This document shows positions 1 through 7,762 of a DNA stretch of 64,000 nucleotides, piece by piece (within the stretch, counting starts at the first letter, position 1; every line of letters starts with the position of its first letter). Where the stretch lies: positions 3,255-67,254 of the forward strand of contig DASRDX010000013.1 of assembly GCA_035652395.1 (NCBI GenBank), read 5' to 3'. The translations under genes and the position numbers were made by a program. The notes beneath the pieces were generated by a model. The model was not told the origin of the DNA and made no database searches. It worked only from the letters and a program-made list of their open reading frames with translations. The DNA comes from Minisyncoccota bacterium. Lineage in GTDB: Bacteria; Patescibacteriota; Minisyncoccia; Phycocordibacterales; CAJBRS01.

Positions 1-359
1 TCAAGAATTGTCTGATAGTTAGGAGCAACTCCGGCTGCAACGTTGCTCAAATACAACCCAACCTTACCAGTTGTAGAAGCTTCGCCCGCACCGAATAAAA
101 TATTTCCAGATGCCGTAACACGGAACAATTGGCCGTTCAACTCGTTATTACCCGGAACCTGCAAACCTCCGGCATTGCTGGTAGAACTTGGAGTTTGACC
201 CTGAGTCTGCGCTCCGCTCACTCCAGCATTAACTCCGCTGACTCCGCTGTTCCAATTGGCCGCGCCGGGAACGTTAGCGAAATACTTAATCGCCGTTCCT
301 ACTCCGCCAACAGTTACGGGGTTGCCGCCGTTAATAAGATACGATTTAATTACACCCAT
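1..359 (-). CDS. hypothetical structural protein, partial (continues past window start)
   Basis: ORF with ATG at 359-357 preceded by AAGGAGAAAAACAA RBS; Gly/Ala/Asn/Ser-rich, fibre-like composition. Confidence 0.45.
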   Translation of the reverse strand, partial: MGVIKSYLINGGNPVTVGGVGTAIKYFANVPGAANWNSGVSGVNAGVSGAQTQGQTPSSTSNAGGLQVPGNNELNGQLFRVTASGNILFGAGEASTTGKVGLYLSNVAAGVAPNYQTIL

Positions 360-527
360 TTTGTTTTTCTCCTTTATATACGAACAAGGCTACGATATTC
401 GAGTTACGATGTTCGCTCCCTGCCGCTTTAATAGAAAATGCCCTAAATGGGCATAATCTAAAGCACACTGTCTAAGTGCTCAATGTTTAAAGACAGTTGA
501 TTTTCTTCGGTTAAACCGAAAGAATAA

Positions 528-908
528 TTATGCGTATGTAATAGAAACGGACACGGAAAGGGCTGGCGATGTAGTTCCAGCCGTTCCTCCCGAAGTTACA
601 CAAGCCGCCGTAAGGGCCGTTGCAAAAGTCACTCCAACCGAAGCGCCAGTAAAATATGTACGAGTTACAACTGAGTTGGCTGGGACATAAATAATTTCAT
701 CGGGCGCAGTAGTGCCCACAACAACGCTTCCTGAAGTCGCATTATACAATTTCACATAAACGGGAGTTCCGTTAGCCGAATTATCGGCGCGAACCCCATA
801 CAAAACCGCACTAGATGCTTTAACTCCATCGGGAGAATTTCCCATCACGGAATCAGTGAATACAAACTGATTCGTTGGAGTTGACATATTCACTTGTGAT
901 ATAGCCAT
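528..908 (-). CDS. hypothetical protein (structural, Ig-like composition)
   Basis: 126-aa ORF in the minus-strand structural block. Confidence 0.4.
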   Translation of the reverse strand: MAISQVNMSTPTNQFVFTDSVMGNSPDGVKASSAVLYGVRADNSANGTPVYVKLYNATSGSVVVGTTAPDEIIYVPANSVVTRTYFTGASVGVTFATALTAACVTSGGTAGTTSPALSVSVSITYA

Positions 909-920
909 AATAAATCCTCT

Positions 921-1193
921 TTATTGAACAAAAGTTCCGGTTGGTAATTGAACTGGCTGCTGCGGCGGAGGCGGATTATTAATAAGTGCCTGATTTAACA
1001 TAATTGGCGCAATTAAATTTTTTACGGCTGCCATACCGCCCGATTGCGCCGCCTGTTTTATGGCACTCAACCAAATTTGAACTGTAACATCCACACCGTC
1101 TACAGTACCCACGATAGTTACTAGAGGGTCCGCATTAGGGTCGTTCAAAGGAACATAAGAAGCCGAACTAACTACATATGTATGTGTAGCCAT
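921..1193 (-). CDS. hypothetical protein
   Basis: 90-aa ORF packed between neighbouring ORFs. Confidence 0.35.
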   Translation of the reverse strand: MATHTYVVSSASYVPLNDPNADPLVTIVGTVDGVDVTVQIWLSAIKQAAQSGGMAAVKNLIAPIMLNQALINNPPPPQQPVQLPTGTFVQ

Positions 1194-1195
1194 TA

Positions 1196-2488
1196 TTATT
1201 CCTCTGTTCCCATTGCAATAATACGAACATGCCCTGATGTAAGAGCGGCGCTAAGATTAATGTTCAAAACATTGTTAGCCGCTGCCGATAAAATTCCATT
1301 ACCAAGGTCAAGATACGTATAATGGTCATCAGTAAATGTTATTCCGCCAGTACTCGGAACAAACGCACTAAAAGTGATATTTGTTGAAGTTACATTGTCT
1401 CGTAAATCTATTGTTAATATGCCTGCTGCGGCTTGCGCCGCATTTCCAGTAAGCTGAAAAACCAATCGCATCAAACGAAATTTCTTTCCGGCTGTTGGAG
1501 TCCAAAGAGCGGTATTTCCTGCCGCCGTGGCGATTGCGGTCTTAAATGTACTAGGCGTTCGGGCTTCAATCCAAGTGGGAGTTCCAACTGCGGATTGTAA
1601 AAGCATTTGCGCCGAACCCATAGGGCGGGCCGCGCCCCCTGAATTTTGAACATCTTCTCTAATATTATCAGGCGTGGCCCCAGAAACATTCGTTCCGGCT
1701 GCCACGACAATGGCGCCGGTTGTCGAAATTGATAAAGTGCCTTGATTTGGACTAATTTGAGGTTGGCTTCCATTTCCGCCAATTACTAAATTTGGAGGAA
1801 CTGTTGCCTCAAAGGCCGTCAAATTAAATGTGGTTTGCGGACTGCCGCCATTAATATAGTTAACACGCCAATACCTAGTTGGAATATAGGTTCCCCAAGT
1901 ATAAGTAGTGTTTGGAACCGCACTTCCGCCAGGTCCTAAAGTATTAAGAGTTGCTGTAAAATTTGGAACAGATGTATCATTTGTTCCCTGAATCGAAACC
2001 GTCCCGCTGGCAACATCAGCACGGTGCTGCAAAACAACCCAATTACCTCCAGTTGCCTGAGTATCCACCCAAGCCGACACAAAACTTGCTCCCGCTCCTA
2101 AAGGAGTAGAAGTAGAGATAGAGGCATATCTTCTCGGAATGGGCCTGTAAAATGGGGCAACCTGTGAGCCATCTCCTGAAATATTCGACGCCGCACCTAC
2201 TGCGGCTCCGCCCCATTGGGCCATGTTTTCACTAATGGGATTTGAAGGATTACCAAATAAATTTGTTCCATCCGAAAGTTCTACGGGCAGAGCATTTGAT
2301 ATTGTAACAGGCGACCCCGCAATTTCAGATATATTTACATTTGTAACAGCCGCACTGCTAGCGTTTGTAATCAATTTGCCGTCTTGCGTCACCTGCAACG
2401 GACAAACTTCTCCGTCTTGTAAATTAACGCCTGCGGCCTGATACTGCCCCAAAAATGCGATAGCTCTCAATTTATTATCGGTTGACAT
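1196..2488 (-). CDS. putative tail fibre / receptor-binding structural protein
   Basis: 430-aa ORF rich in Gly/Asn/Thr/Ser, typical of phage fibre proteins; no enzyme motifs. Confidence 0.45.
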   Translation of the reverse strand: MSTDNKLRAIAFLGQYQAAGVNLQDGEVCPLQVTQDGKLITNASSAAVTNVNISEIAGSPVTISNALPVELSDGTNLFGNPSNPISENMAQWGGAAVGAASNISGDGSQVAPFYRPIPRRYASISTSTPLGAGASFVSAWVDTQATGGNWVVLQHRADVASGTVSIQGTNDTSVPNFTATLNTLGPGGSAVPNTTYTWGTYIPTRYWRVNYINGGSPQTTFNLTAFEATVPPNLVIGGNGSQPQISPNQGTLSISTTGAIVVAAGTNVSGATPDNIREDVQNSGGAARPMGSAQMLLQSAVGTPTWIEARTPSTFKTAIATAAGNTALWTPTAGKKFRLMRLVFQLTGNAAQAAAGILTIDLRDNVTSTNITFSAFVPSTGGITFTDDHYTYLDLGNGILSAAANNVLNINLSAALTSGHVRIIAMGTEE

Positions 2489-2616
2489 TTACTTCCAAAT
2501 CCATCCGCATACACATTTAACTTCTTGACCGTGTTCGCGCTGTTCTAAAACACGTCCGCAACGAGGGCAAAGCCTTGTTGCTATAAAACGTAAAAGGCTC
2601 ATAAAAGCCTCACAGA

Positions 2617-2994
2617 TTAACTGCCGTGAGCTACACCCAAATAATCCAAATAATAGTGAATATTTCCGCCAGAGTTTATGACCTGCAAAATATCAAGTTT
2701 TGACGGATTAGAAAAAGCATCTGCGAACAACTGAGCGGTAGTGGCCGTCGAACTTAGGTGGGTTAAAAACTGTCCGATGCGGGTGCCATTTGTAAAGTTA
2801 GATGCAGGGTTATGAACCGTTCCTGTATAATCAACATTTAAGAGAACTTTACCGCCATTATTATCCACAATCTGAAGCAAATCCAAATTCTGCCCGCCAA
2901 CAGCATTGGGAGTGACTTGAGGCCACGCAGTAGCCACCGTCGAGCCGTTCTGAGAACTATTTTGTGAATACAAAGCCTGTTGTGTTGCTGTCAT
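2617..2994 (-). CDS. hypothetical structural protein
   Basis: ORF trimmed to ATG at 2994 (RBS GCGGAGAAAAC) so that it does not overlap tRNA 1. Confidence 0.4.
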   Translation of the reverse strand: MTATQQALYSQNSSQNGSTVATAWPQVTPNAVGGQNLDLLQIVDNNGGKVLLNVDYTGTVHNPASNFTNGTRIGQFLTHLSSTATTAQLFADAFSNPSKLDILQVINSGGNIHYYLDYLGVAHGS

Positions 2995-3013
2995 GTTTTC
3001 TCCGCTATAAATA

Positions 3014-3042
3014 CAAAACCCCGCCGTTTGAAACAGCGGGGT
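3014..3042 (-). terminator. intrinsic terminator downstream of the tRNA array
   Basis: minus-strand hairpin CCCCGCTG-TTTCAAA-CGGCGGGG followed by TTTTGTAT. Confidence 0.55.
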
Positions 3043-3049
3043 CAGAAAT

Positions 3050-3128
3050 TGGTCGAGAATCAAGGATTTGAACCTTGGACCTCCTGCTTCCGAAGCAGGC
3101 GAGAACAACCAGGCTTCTCTAATTCTCG
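3050..3128 (-). tRNA. tRNA-Pro (anticodon CGG)
   Basis: cloverleaf on minus strand: T-arm CAAGG-TTCAAAT-CCTTG, acceptor CGAGAAT/ATTCTCG, encoded CCA, anticodon loop TTCGGAA. Confidence 0.7.
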
Positions 3129-3137
3129 ATTAAAAAT

Positions 3138-3225
3138 TGGTCGAATCAGCAGGACTCGAACCTGCAAGGCCGTTAGGCACTGGTTTCCAAAACCAGAGGG
3201 CTTCCATTTACCCGCCTATGACTCG
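3138..3225 (-). tRNA. tRNA, anticodon UGG (Pro-like) with a long variable arm
   Basis: T-arm GCAGG-TTCGAGT-CCTGC, acceptor CGAGTCA/TGATTCG, A73, CCA, anticodon loop TTTGGAA; 14-nt variable arm is atypical for Pro. Confidence 0.55.
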
Positions 3226-3228
3226 AAA

Positions 3229-3519
3229 TTATTGCATTAAAGGAACCCAATATGTAGTTCCCGACAAAACTATTTTCAAAAAACCAACTATATCGCGTGG
3301 ATTAGACGGCCCGTCGCCAGTTCCTTTCTGAGGAGCACGTACTGTCTGAATACCCCCATTACCTACACCCAACTGATGCAACAAAACTAACTGATTTCCA
3401 GACGAAGTTCCGACATAAAGCTGAGCTTCATCTGTTGCAAAATACAACTCTCCCGTTTGCAATATGGGCATATTTGCTTTAATGCCGCGCAAAACTTGAA
3501 TACCTACATTTCTAGCCAT
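3229..3519 (-). CDS. tail-fibre-like protein (paralog of 3519-4040)
   Basis: N-terminal motif IQVLRG.K...L.TGE.YFATD...LYVGTSSG shared with the next ORF. Confidence 0.45.
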   Translation of the reverse strand: MARNVGIQVLRGIKANMPILQTGELYFATDEAQLYVGTSSGNQLVLLHQLGVGNGGIQTVRAPQKGTGDGPSNPRDIVGFLKIVLSGTTYWVPLMQ

Positions 3520-4040
3520 TAGAAGCTACCGCAATCTATATTCGTTAGGCTTGAGCCTGCTCCAATCGAAGTCGGTAATTGAGTTTGAGCGAGTAAGCCT
3601 GAAATATCAGCAAATGAAGGTTGTGCTAAATGCTGAACACCGTTATTATCAATATATGTCACAAACTGATGAGTTACAGGTGCCGATAAACCCTGAATAG
3701 TCGTTCCCGATGTAACTCCTATGGCTGTCCAATTTACATTATTCGACGCTGGCTCGTCAGTTAAAATGTATGTACGATTGTTATCGGCTTGTAAACACAA
3801 ATCTCCGATAAGAACACCAGTTAGCGCCAACCTAGATGTTTGGTCGGCTGCCGTAAAAACTTTTACATCATTGGCTAATCTAGACCAAGCGGCAGGTATT
3901 CCAGTTCCGCTTCCAGTATCAACATAAATTTCATTAGTGTCTGTTGTCCACGCAAGTACACCCGCAAAACCCGTGGACGGCAAAGTTGACAAACTAGATT
4001 TCGTTCCTCGATAAAGCTGAATAGATACATTAAGACTCAT
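3519..4040 (-). CDS. tail-fibre-like protein (paralog)
   Basis: N-terminal motif IQLYRGTK...TG...TTDTNEIYVDTGSG; 173 aa. Confidence 0.45.
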   Translation of the reverse strand: MSLNVSIQLYRGTKSSLSTLPSTGFAGVLAWTTDTNEIYVDTGSGTGIPAAWSRLANDVKVFTAADQTSRLALTGVLIGDLCLQADNNRTYILTDEPASNNVNWTAIGVTSGTTIQGLSAPVTHQFVTYIDNNGVQHLAQPSFADISGLLAQTQLPTSIGAGSSLTNIDCGSF

Positions 4041-4246
4041 TAAAAAGTACCCGCATCAATTGAAGTTTCGGTTATGGCAGCCGCCGATATTTGAGTAGTT
4101 CCGTCAAAAAACGTAATTCTTGGAGTGTGTACTGTGCCTTTTCCATCAATTGAGAAAAGTATTTCTCCATTCCTATTTATCAAATGAAGAAAATCCTCGC
4201 CATGAGAAAGATACTTTCCCATTGATGCTTGTTTTGATATGTTCAT
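4040..4246 (-). CDS. hypothetical protein
   Basis: ORF trimmed to ATG at 4246 to avoid overlapping tRNA-Gln. Confidence 0.3.
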   Translation of the reverse strand: MNISKQASMGKYLSHGEDFLHLINRNGEILFSIDGKGTVHTPRITFFDGTTQISAAAITETSIDAGTF

Positions 4247-4265
4247 CTGCTTAAAACTCAAATAT

Positions 4266-4339
4266 GGTTGCGGCGCTTGGACTCGAACCAAGATGACTAG
4301 TTTCAGAGACTAGCATCCTACCAATTGAATGACATCGCA
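4266..4339 (-). tRNA. tRNA-Gln (anticodon CUG)
   Basis: T-arm CTTGG-TTCGAGT-CCAAG, anticodon stem CTAGT/ACTAG with loop CTCTGAA, CCA encoded. Confidence 0.65.
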
Positions 4340-4355
4340 ATAAAATTTCAAAATT

Positions 4356-4429
4356 TGGTTGCTTCGTCAGGACTCGAACCTGAATAACAAGTTTCAAAGA
4401 CTTGCGAATTGCCAATTATTCGACAAAGC
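4356..4429 (-). tRNA. tRNA-Gln (anticodon UUG)
   Basis: T-arm TCAGG-TTCGAGT-CCTGA, acceptor TGCTTTG/CGAAGCA, loop CTTTGAA. Confidence 0.7.
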
Positions 4430-4431
4430 AA

Positions 4432-4509
4432 TTGGAGCACAAGGAGGGAATCGAACCCTTCGTATATTCGTTTTGCAGACGAATGCCTTGCCACTTGGCT
4501 ACTCGTGCT
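4432..4509 (-). tRNA. tRNA-Cys (anticodon GCA)
   Basis: acceptor GCACGAG/CTTGTGC, T-loop TTCGATT, anticodon stem TTCGT/ACGAA with loop CTGCAAA. Confidence 0.65.
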
Positions 4510-4512
4510 TAA

Positions 4513-4559
4513 GTGTCACATATTTCACTGTAAAACGCTTATGGTAAAATATGTGACAC
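4513..4559. repeat. 11-bp perfect inverted repeat GTGTCACATAT / ATATGTGACAC (25-nt spacer)
   Basis: seen directly between tRNA-Cys and tRNA-Ser; spacer contains TGGTAAAAT (extended -10-like). Confidence 0.8.
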
Positions 4560-4566
4560 TATAAAA

Positions 4567-4652
4567 TGGCAGAGGATAACCGAGTCGAACGATTAACCTT
4601 TCGGTTAGCCTAGTTTTCAAGACTAGTTGGGAACCATCTCCCGCTACCCTCT
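4567..4652 (-). tRNA. tRNA-Ser (anticodon UGA)
   Basis: type II: acceptor AGAGGGT/ATCCTCT, G73, 3-bp D-stem, loop CTTGAAA, variable arm TAACC-GAAA-GGTTA. Confidence 0.75.
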
Positions 4653-4657
4653 AAAAT

Positions 4658-4744
4658 TGGCGGAGTGCGAAGGATTTGAACCTCCACAACCTTTCGGTCG
4701 CTTGTTTAGCAAACAAGTGCGGCTACCAATTTCGCCAGCACTCC
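4658..4744 (-). tRNA. tRNA-Ser (anticodon GCU)
   Basis: type II: acceptor GGAGTGC/GCACTCC, G73, loop TTGCTAA, long variable arm, T-loop TTCAAAT. Confidence 0.75.
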
Positions 4745-4751
4745 GTATAAT

Positions 4752-5080
4752 GTGGTGAACAATAGCCAGGATTCTGTATAACGGCCATCATCCATCTAAG
4801 CTGCCTACCCGGCGTTCTGCGTGCTCAACTCACTCCCGCCCTATTTGGCATTGCACTCAGAGGGAGTTTCTCGACTCCAATGATTCTAACTATCCGCCAA
4901 TAATTAGAATATCGAGGCTTACCCGTCCAATTACTCGGCCCGCAACTTCCACGGTCTGATGTTGAGATGTGTCCTGAACTTCCTCGGAATTTCGCCCCCT
5001 GTAATACGATGCTCAAGGTACGCCTTGACGACACCTTACGGTTTGAGGGAGCCACCGTTCCGCGATAGCCTAGTTCACCA
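4752..5080 (-). ncRNA. rnpB: RNase P RNA, bacterial type A-like
   Basis: minus-strand sequence contains GCCAAATAGGG, CCGGGTAGGCAGCTTAGATGGATGA and ACAGAATCCTGGCTATTG...TTCACCA; these are collinear with E. coli M1 RNA blocks GCCAAATAGGGG, CCGGGTAGGCTGCTTGAG, CTAGATGAATGA and ACAGAACCCGGCTTATCGG...TTTCACCT; P4-like GAGGAAGTTCAGGAC; P1 pairing GGTGAAC/GTTCACC. Confidence 0.75.
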
Positions 5081-5411
5081 AATTCAATTTATTCTTTACG
5101 GCTTTTCCAATAAGATATGTAGCCACAAGAAAAGAAACAATCAGTCCCAAGAATCCTAAAACCAATAAAACGTCTCCGGGACTTGCTATCGTATCTCCGA
5201 TTGAAATATAGTCACATAAAATCTTCAAATGACTGTATGTTGCCATTGAAACGTGCTCATTGTCAAGAAAAATTTCTTGATTCGTCAATTTTCCTACATA
5301 AACGGGCATCATACCGTTGTTTGCCGATATGGCGGCAACGTTTAATAAACCACCTAATATATAACTCACGATAGACACGAGAGCACAAAGCATTACTTTT
5401 AACGGCCTCAT
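5070..5411 (-). CDS. small membrane protein
   Basis: 113-aa ORF with two hydrophobic segments; its stop abuts the rnpB 5' end. Confidence 0.4.
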   Translation of the reverse strand: MRPLKVMLCALVSIVSYILGGLLNVAAISANNGMMPVYVGKLTNQEIFLDNEHVSMATYSHLKILCDYISIGDTIASPGDVLLVLGFLGLIVSFLVATYLIGKAVKNKLNLVN

Positions 5412-5427
5412 ATTTGTGCCTCGATTT

Positions 5428-5503
5428 TGGACGACTCGGCGGGACTCGAACCCGCATAAGAAGTTTAGGAAACTTCTGTCTTATCCGATTAAACGACAAA
5501 TCG
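5428..5503 (-). tRNA. tRNA-Arg (anticodon CCU)
   Basis: T-arm GCGGG-TTCGAGT-CCCGC, acceptor CGATTTG/CGAGTCG, loop TTCCTAA. Confidence 0.6.
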
Positions 5504-5581
5504 TGGAGGCCCCGGCGAGAATCGAACTCGCATACGCTGATTAGAAGTCAGCGGTCCTGTCCGTTGAACGACAGAGCCTTA
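5504..5581 (-). tRNA. tRNA-Arg (anticodon UCU)
   Basis: T-arm GCGAG-TTCGATT-CTCGC, acceptor GGCTCTG/CGGGGCC, loop CTTCTAA. Confidence 0.65.
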
Positions 5582-5593
5582 AAAACTTTTTGG

Positions 5594-5666
5594 CGAGACA
5601 TGAGGGACTTGAACCCCCACCCTACGGTTTTGGAGACCGATATGCTGCCACTAACACCTATGACTC
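5594..5666 (-). tRNA. tRNA-Trp (anticodon CCA)
   Basis: anticodon arm CGGT-CTCCAAA-ACCG identical to the canonical tRNA-Trp arm; T-loop TTCAAGT; one acceptor mismatch. Confidence 0.6.
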
Positions 5667-5676
5667 GCGTTAAACT

Positions 5677-5751
5677 TGGAGCGGTCGGCGGGACTCGAAC
5701 CCGTCTTCTTCAGCTTGGAAGGCTGAGGCACAACCTTTATACCACGCCCGC
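5677..5751 (-). tRNA. tRNA-Gly (anticodon UCC)
   Basis: T-loop TTCGAGT, anticodon stem TCAGC/GCTGA with loop CTTCCAA. Confidence 0.6.
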
Positions 5752-5874
5752 TCGAAAAATTATTTTCTTGTCGGCACGTTCCTTTTCCAGACAAAAAATA
5801 GCGACGTAGAAAGTCAGCGTTCGACGACATTGTAACAAAGTCAGCGATTGGCGACTCGAAAAATTATTTTCTTG
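5751..5874. repeat. 21-bp direct repeat CTCGAAAAATTATTTTCTTG (5751-5770 and 5855-5874)
   Basis: two identical copies bracket a 100-bp spacer immediately upstream of tRNA-Gly; a 10-mer AAAGTCAGCG is also duplicated inside. Confidence 0.8.
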
Positions 5875-6298
5875 AAAGCCTAGCAATCCAATTGTCGGTA
5901 TGTTTCTGTCTTTCCAACATACAGTTTACAGCGAACTCAAAATCCCCATAATTCACATAAGCAAAAGGATTATTATACTGTGAATCCTTGGCCATGTAAA
6001 CTTGCTTTCCATCGCGGCTCCAATCCCAAACATCGTTATGACTGCACTCATACCTGTCGGGAATCAAAAACTCGTCCCAATCGCCACTCGATAAAACTTT
6101 CTTAATGGCTTGGTTTTGAGTGCGACGAACGGCTCTCGCTGCTTGTGTTTTATCCCAACGAGCACTATTGGAGCCGCAAACAAAACTAGCATACGGCTTT
6201 CTATATGAACGACTCATCAGAGACCTCACGGTTAAATCTAATGAATACTCATATACTACAAAAATGGAGCGAAGTACGATAATCGAAATCGTACTCAA
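5864..6298 (-). CDS. hypothetical protein embedded in the tRNA array
   Basis: 144-aa ORF (alternative start MSRSYRK at 6217); no recognisable motifs. Confidence 0.4.
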   Translation of the reverse strand: MSTISIIVLRSIFVVYEYSLDLTVRSLMSRSYRKPYASFVCGSNSARWDKTQAARAVRRTQNQAIKKVLSSGDWDEFLIPDRYECSHNDVWDWSRDGKQVYMAKDSQYNNPFAYVNYGDFEFAVNCMLERQKHTDNWIARLSRK

Positions 6299-6344
6299 AC
6301 CTTGGCAAGGTTTTGTTCTGCCACTAAACTAACTTCGCTAAAAT

Positions 6345-6426
6345 TGGTTGCGGGGGAGGGAATCGAACCCACTTTGGACAAGCCACAAGGTTATGAGTCT
6401 TGTGTGCACCCGGAGCACATCCCCGC
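6345..6426 (-). tRNA. tRNA with CAU anticodon (Met/Ile2-like), atypical
   Basis: acceptor GCGGGGA, T-loop TTCGATT, anticodon loop CTCATAA closed by an A.C pair, 13-nt variable segment; irregular. Confidence 0.5.
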
Positions 6427-6432
6427 TTCAAT

Positions 6433-6507
6433 TGGTCGTTCGGGTTGGAATCGAACCAACCATGCACGCTTTATGAGAACGCCGCCTAGCCGATTAGCTT
6501 CCGAACG
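6433..6507 (-). tRNA. tRNA-Met/fMet/Ile2 (anticodon CAU)
   Basis: acceptor CGTTCGG/CCGAACG perfect, T-arm GTTGG-TTCGATT-CCAAC, loop CTCATAA. Confidence 0.65.
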
Positions 6508-6519
6508 AAATCATAAATT

Positions 6520-6605
6520 TGGTGCGCCTGACAGGACTCGAACCTGTACGCCCGAAGGCACCAGTTTCTAAGACTGGCGTGTCTGCCCAATTCCATCCAC
6601 AGACG
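6520..6605 (-). tRNA. tRNA-Leu (anticodon UAG)
   Basis: type II: acceptor GCGTCTG/CAGGCGC, A73, loop CTTAGAA, variable arm TGCCTTCGGGCGT. Confidence 0.75.
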
Positions 6606-6609
6606 CAAA

Positions 6610-6685
6610 ATGGAGGCGTAGAAGGGAGTCGAACCCTCGTTCTCAGCTTGAAAGGCTGATGTCCTGGCCATTAGACGACTTCGCC
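6610..6685 (-). tRNA. tRNA-Glu (anticodon UUC)
   Basis: T-arm GAGGG-TTCGACT-CCCTT, anticodon stem TCAGC/GCTGA with loop CTTTCAA. Confidence 0.65.
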
Positions 6686-6695
6686 ATTATCCAAT

Positions 6696-6769
6696 TGGTG
6701 ACCCTGAGCGGTACTGACCCGCTGTTCTTAGATTGAGAATCTAATGTCCTGCCTTTAGACGACAGGGCC
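6696..6769 (-). tRNA. tRNA-Glu (anticodon CUC)
   Basis: acceptor GGCCCTG/CAGGGTC, D-arm TCGTCTAAAGGCAGGAC (Glu-like), loop TTCTCAA; unusual T-loop GTCAGTA. Confidence 0.55.
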
Positions 6770-6770
6770 T

Positions 6771-6845
6771 TGGCGGTGCTACTGGGAATCGAACCCAGAC
6801 TTCAGCCGTGACAGGGCCGTGTCGTTACCAACTGACCCTAGCACC
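6771..6845 (-). tRNA. tRNA-Asp (anticodon GUC)
   Basis: acceptor GGTGCTA/TAGCACC perfect, T-arm CTGGG-TTCGATT-CCCAG, loop CTGTCAC. Confidence 0.7.
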
Positions 6846-6847
6846 GT

Positions 6848-6923
6848 TGGAGCTTCGTGAAAGAATCGAACTTTCACTTCACCCTTACCAAGGGCGCGTT
6901 CTACCATTGAACTAACAAAGCGT
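6848..6923 (-). tRNA. tRNA-Thr (anticodon GGU)
   Basis: acceptor GCTTTGT/ACGAAGC, D-arm GTTC-AATGGTA-GAAC, loop TTGGTAA. Confidence 0.7.
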
Positions 6924-6966
6924 ACCATGAAACTTTTATTTTGTCAACTAAAAACTTAGCGATTTT

Positions 6967-7040
6967 TGGAGCTTCGTCGTGGAATCGAACCACGGCTCGC
7001 GGTTTACGAAACCGCTGTCATGCCACTAGACCAACAAAGC
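6967..7040 (-). tRNA. tRNA-Thr (anticodon CGU)
   Basis: acceptor GCTTTGT/ACGAAGC, T-arm CGTGG-TTCGATT-CCACG, loop TTCGTAA. Confidence 0.7.
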
Positions 7041-7052
7041 AAACTTAAAAAT

Positions 7053-7127
7053 TGGAGCACAATGTTGGATTTGAACCAACTCCCGCCGTTTACAAAACGG
7101 CCATTCTACCAATTAAACTAATCGTGC
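7053..7127 (-). tRNA. tRNA-Thr (anticodon UGU)
   Basis: acceptor GCACGAT/ATTGTGC, T-arm GTTGG-TTCAAAT-CCAAC, loop TTTGTAA. Confidence 0.7.
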
Positions 7128-7160
7128 ATTATTTTACGACACTTTAAAAATTTCAAAATT

Positions 7161-7237
7161 TGGCTCCAGCCCTGGGACTCGAACCCAGACCTTCATGGTT
7201 AACAGCCAAGCGTCCTGCCAAATTGGACCAGACTGGA
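7161..7237 (-). tRNA. tRNA-Asn (anticodon GUU)
   Basis: acceptor TCCAGTC/GGCTGGA, D-arm GTCC-AATTTGGCA-GGAC, T-arm CTGGG-TTCGAGT-CCCAG, loop CTGTTAA. Confidence 0.65.
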
Positions 7238-7341
7238 ATAAAAAGCAAGGCAACAAGCGTTATAAGTCTTTTTTCACACTAGAAGAAGTATCTCATAACT
7301 ACGGCACTTGCTATTTCTCTGCACTGCTGCATTATAACTAT

Positions 7342-7416
7342 TGGAGGACCGCAAGGGATTTGAACCCTTAATTATGCGTTCGAAGCGCATTGGTTTATCC
7401 GTTAGCCTAACAGTCC
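7342..7416 (-). tRNA. tRNA-Arg (anticodon UCG)
   Basis: acceptor GGACTGT/GCGGTCC, T-arm AAGGG-TTCAAAT-CCCTT, anticodon stem ATGCG/CGCAT with loop CTTCGAA. Confidence 0.65.
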
Positions 7417-7423
7417 TAAAAAT

Positions 7424-7498
7424 TGGAAGGCCGTGCGGGAGTCGGACCCGCGTCTGCGGATTCGTAGTCCGCTGTCTTTTCCTCTAAACGAACAGCCT
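7424..7498 (-). tRNA. tRNA-Arg (anticodon ACG)
   Basis: acceptor AGGCTGT/ACGGCCT, T-arm GCGGG-TCCGACT-CCCGC, loop CTACGAA. Confidence 0.6.
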
Positions 7499-7500
7499 TT

Positions 7501-7576
7501 TGGTACGCCGTAATGGAATCGAACCATTCCTTCTGGTTTGTAGGACCAGCGCATACTACCAGTTTGCTAACAGCGT
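7501..7576 (-). tRNA. tRNA-Val (anticodon UAC)
   Basis: acceptor ACGCTGT/ACGGCGT, T-arm AATGG-TTCGATT-CCATT, loop CCTACAA (C33 is unusual). Confidence 0.55.
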
Positions 7577-7577
7577 A

Positions 7578-7653
7578 TGGTGGACGAAACAGGCTCTGCC
7601 CCTGCCGCCTCCGCATTGCAAGTGCGGCGCTCTCCTGAATGAGCTACTCGCCC
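7578..7653 (-). tRNA. tRNA-Ala (anticodon UGC) with non-canonical T-loop
   Basis: perfect 76-nt cloverleaf: acceptor GGGCGAG/TTCGTCC with G3:U70, D-arm GCTC-ATTCAGGA-GAGC, anticodon arm CCGCA-CTTGCAA-TGCGG, T-arm GCAGG-GGCAGAG-CCTGT, A73, CCA; no GTTCGA motif. Confidence 0.6.
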
Positions 7654-7762
7654 AAAATGAATCTCCTCTATAATAAGCTTGAGTCCCAAACAACAAGATT
7701 CGGACTCTCCACACCTAACACAAGAATACGCCCGTTTGTATTCCTGAGTGTAATCCCAAACT

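Noticed and set aside
4825-5159. ORFs 4825-5055(-) and 4959-5159(+)
   Set aside because: They lie on the sequence that matches RNase P RNA conserved blocks. Their Arg/Ser-rich low-complexity translation fits a non-coding structured RNA.
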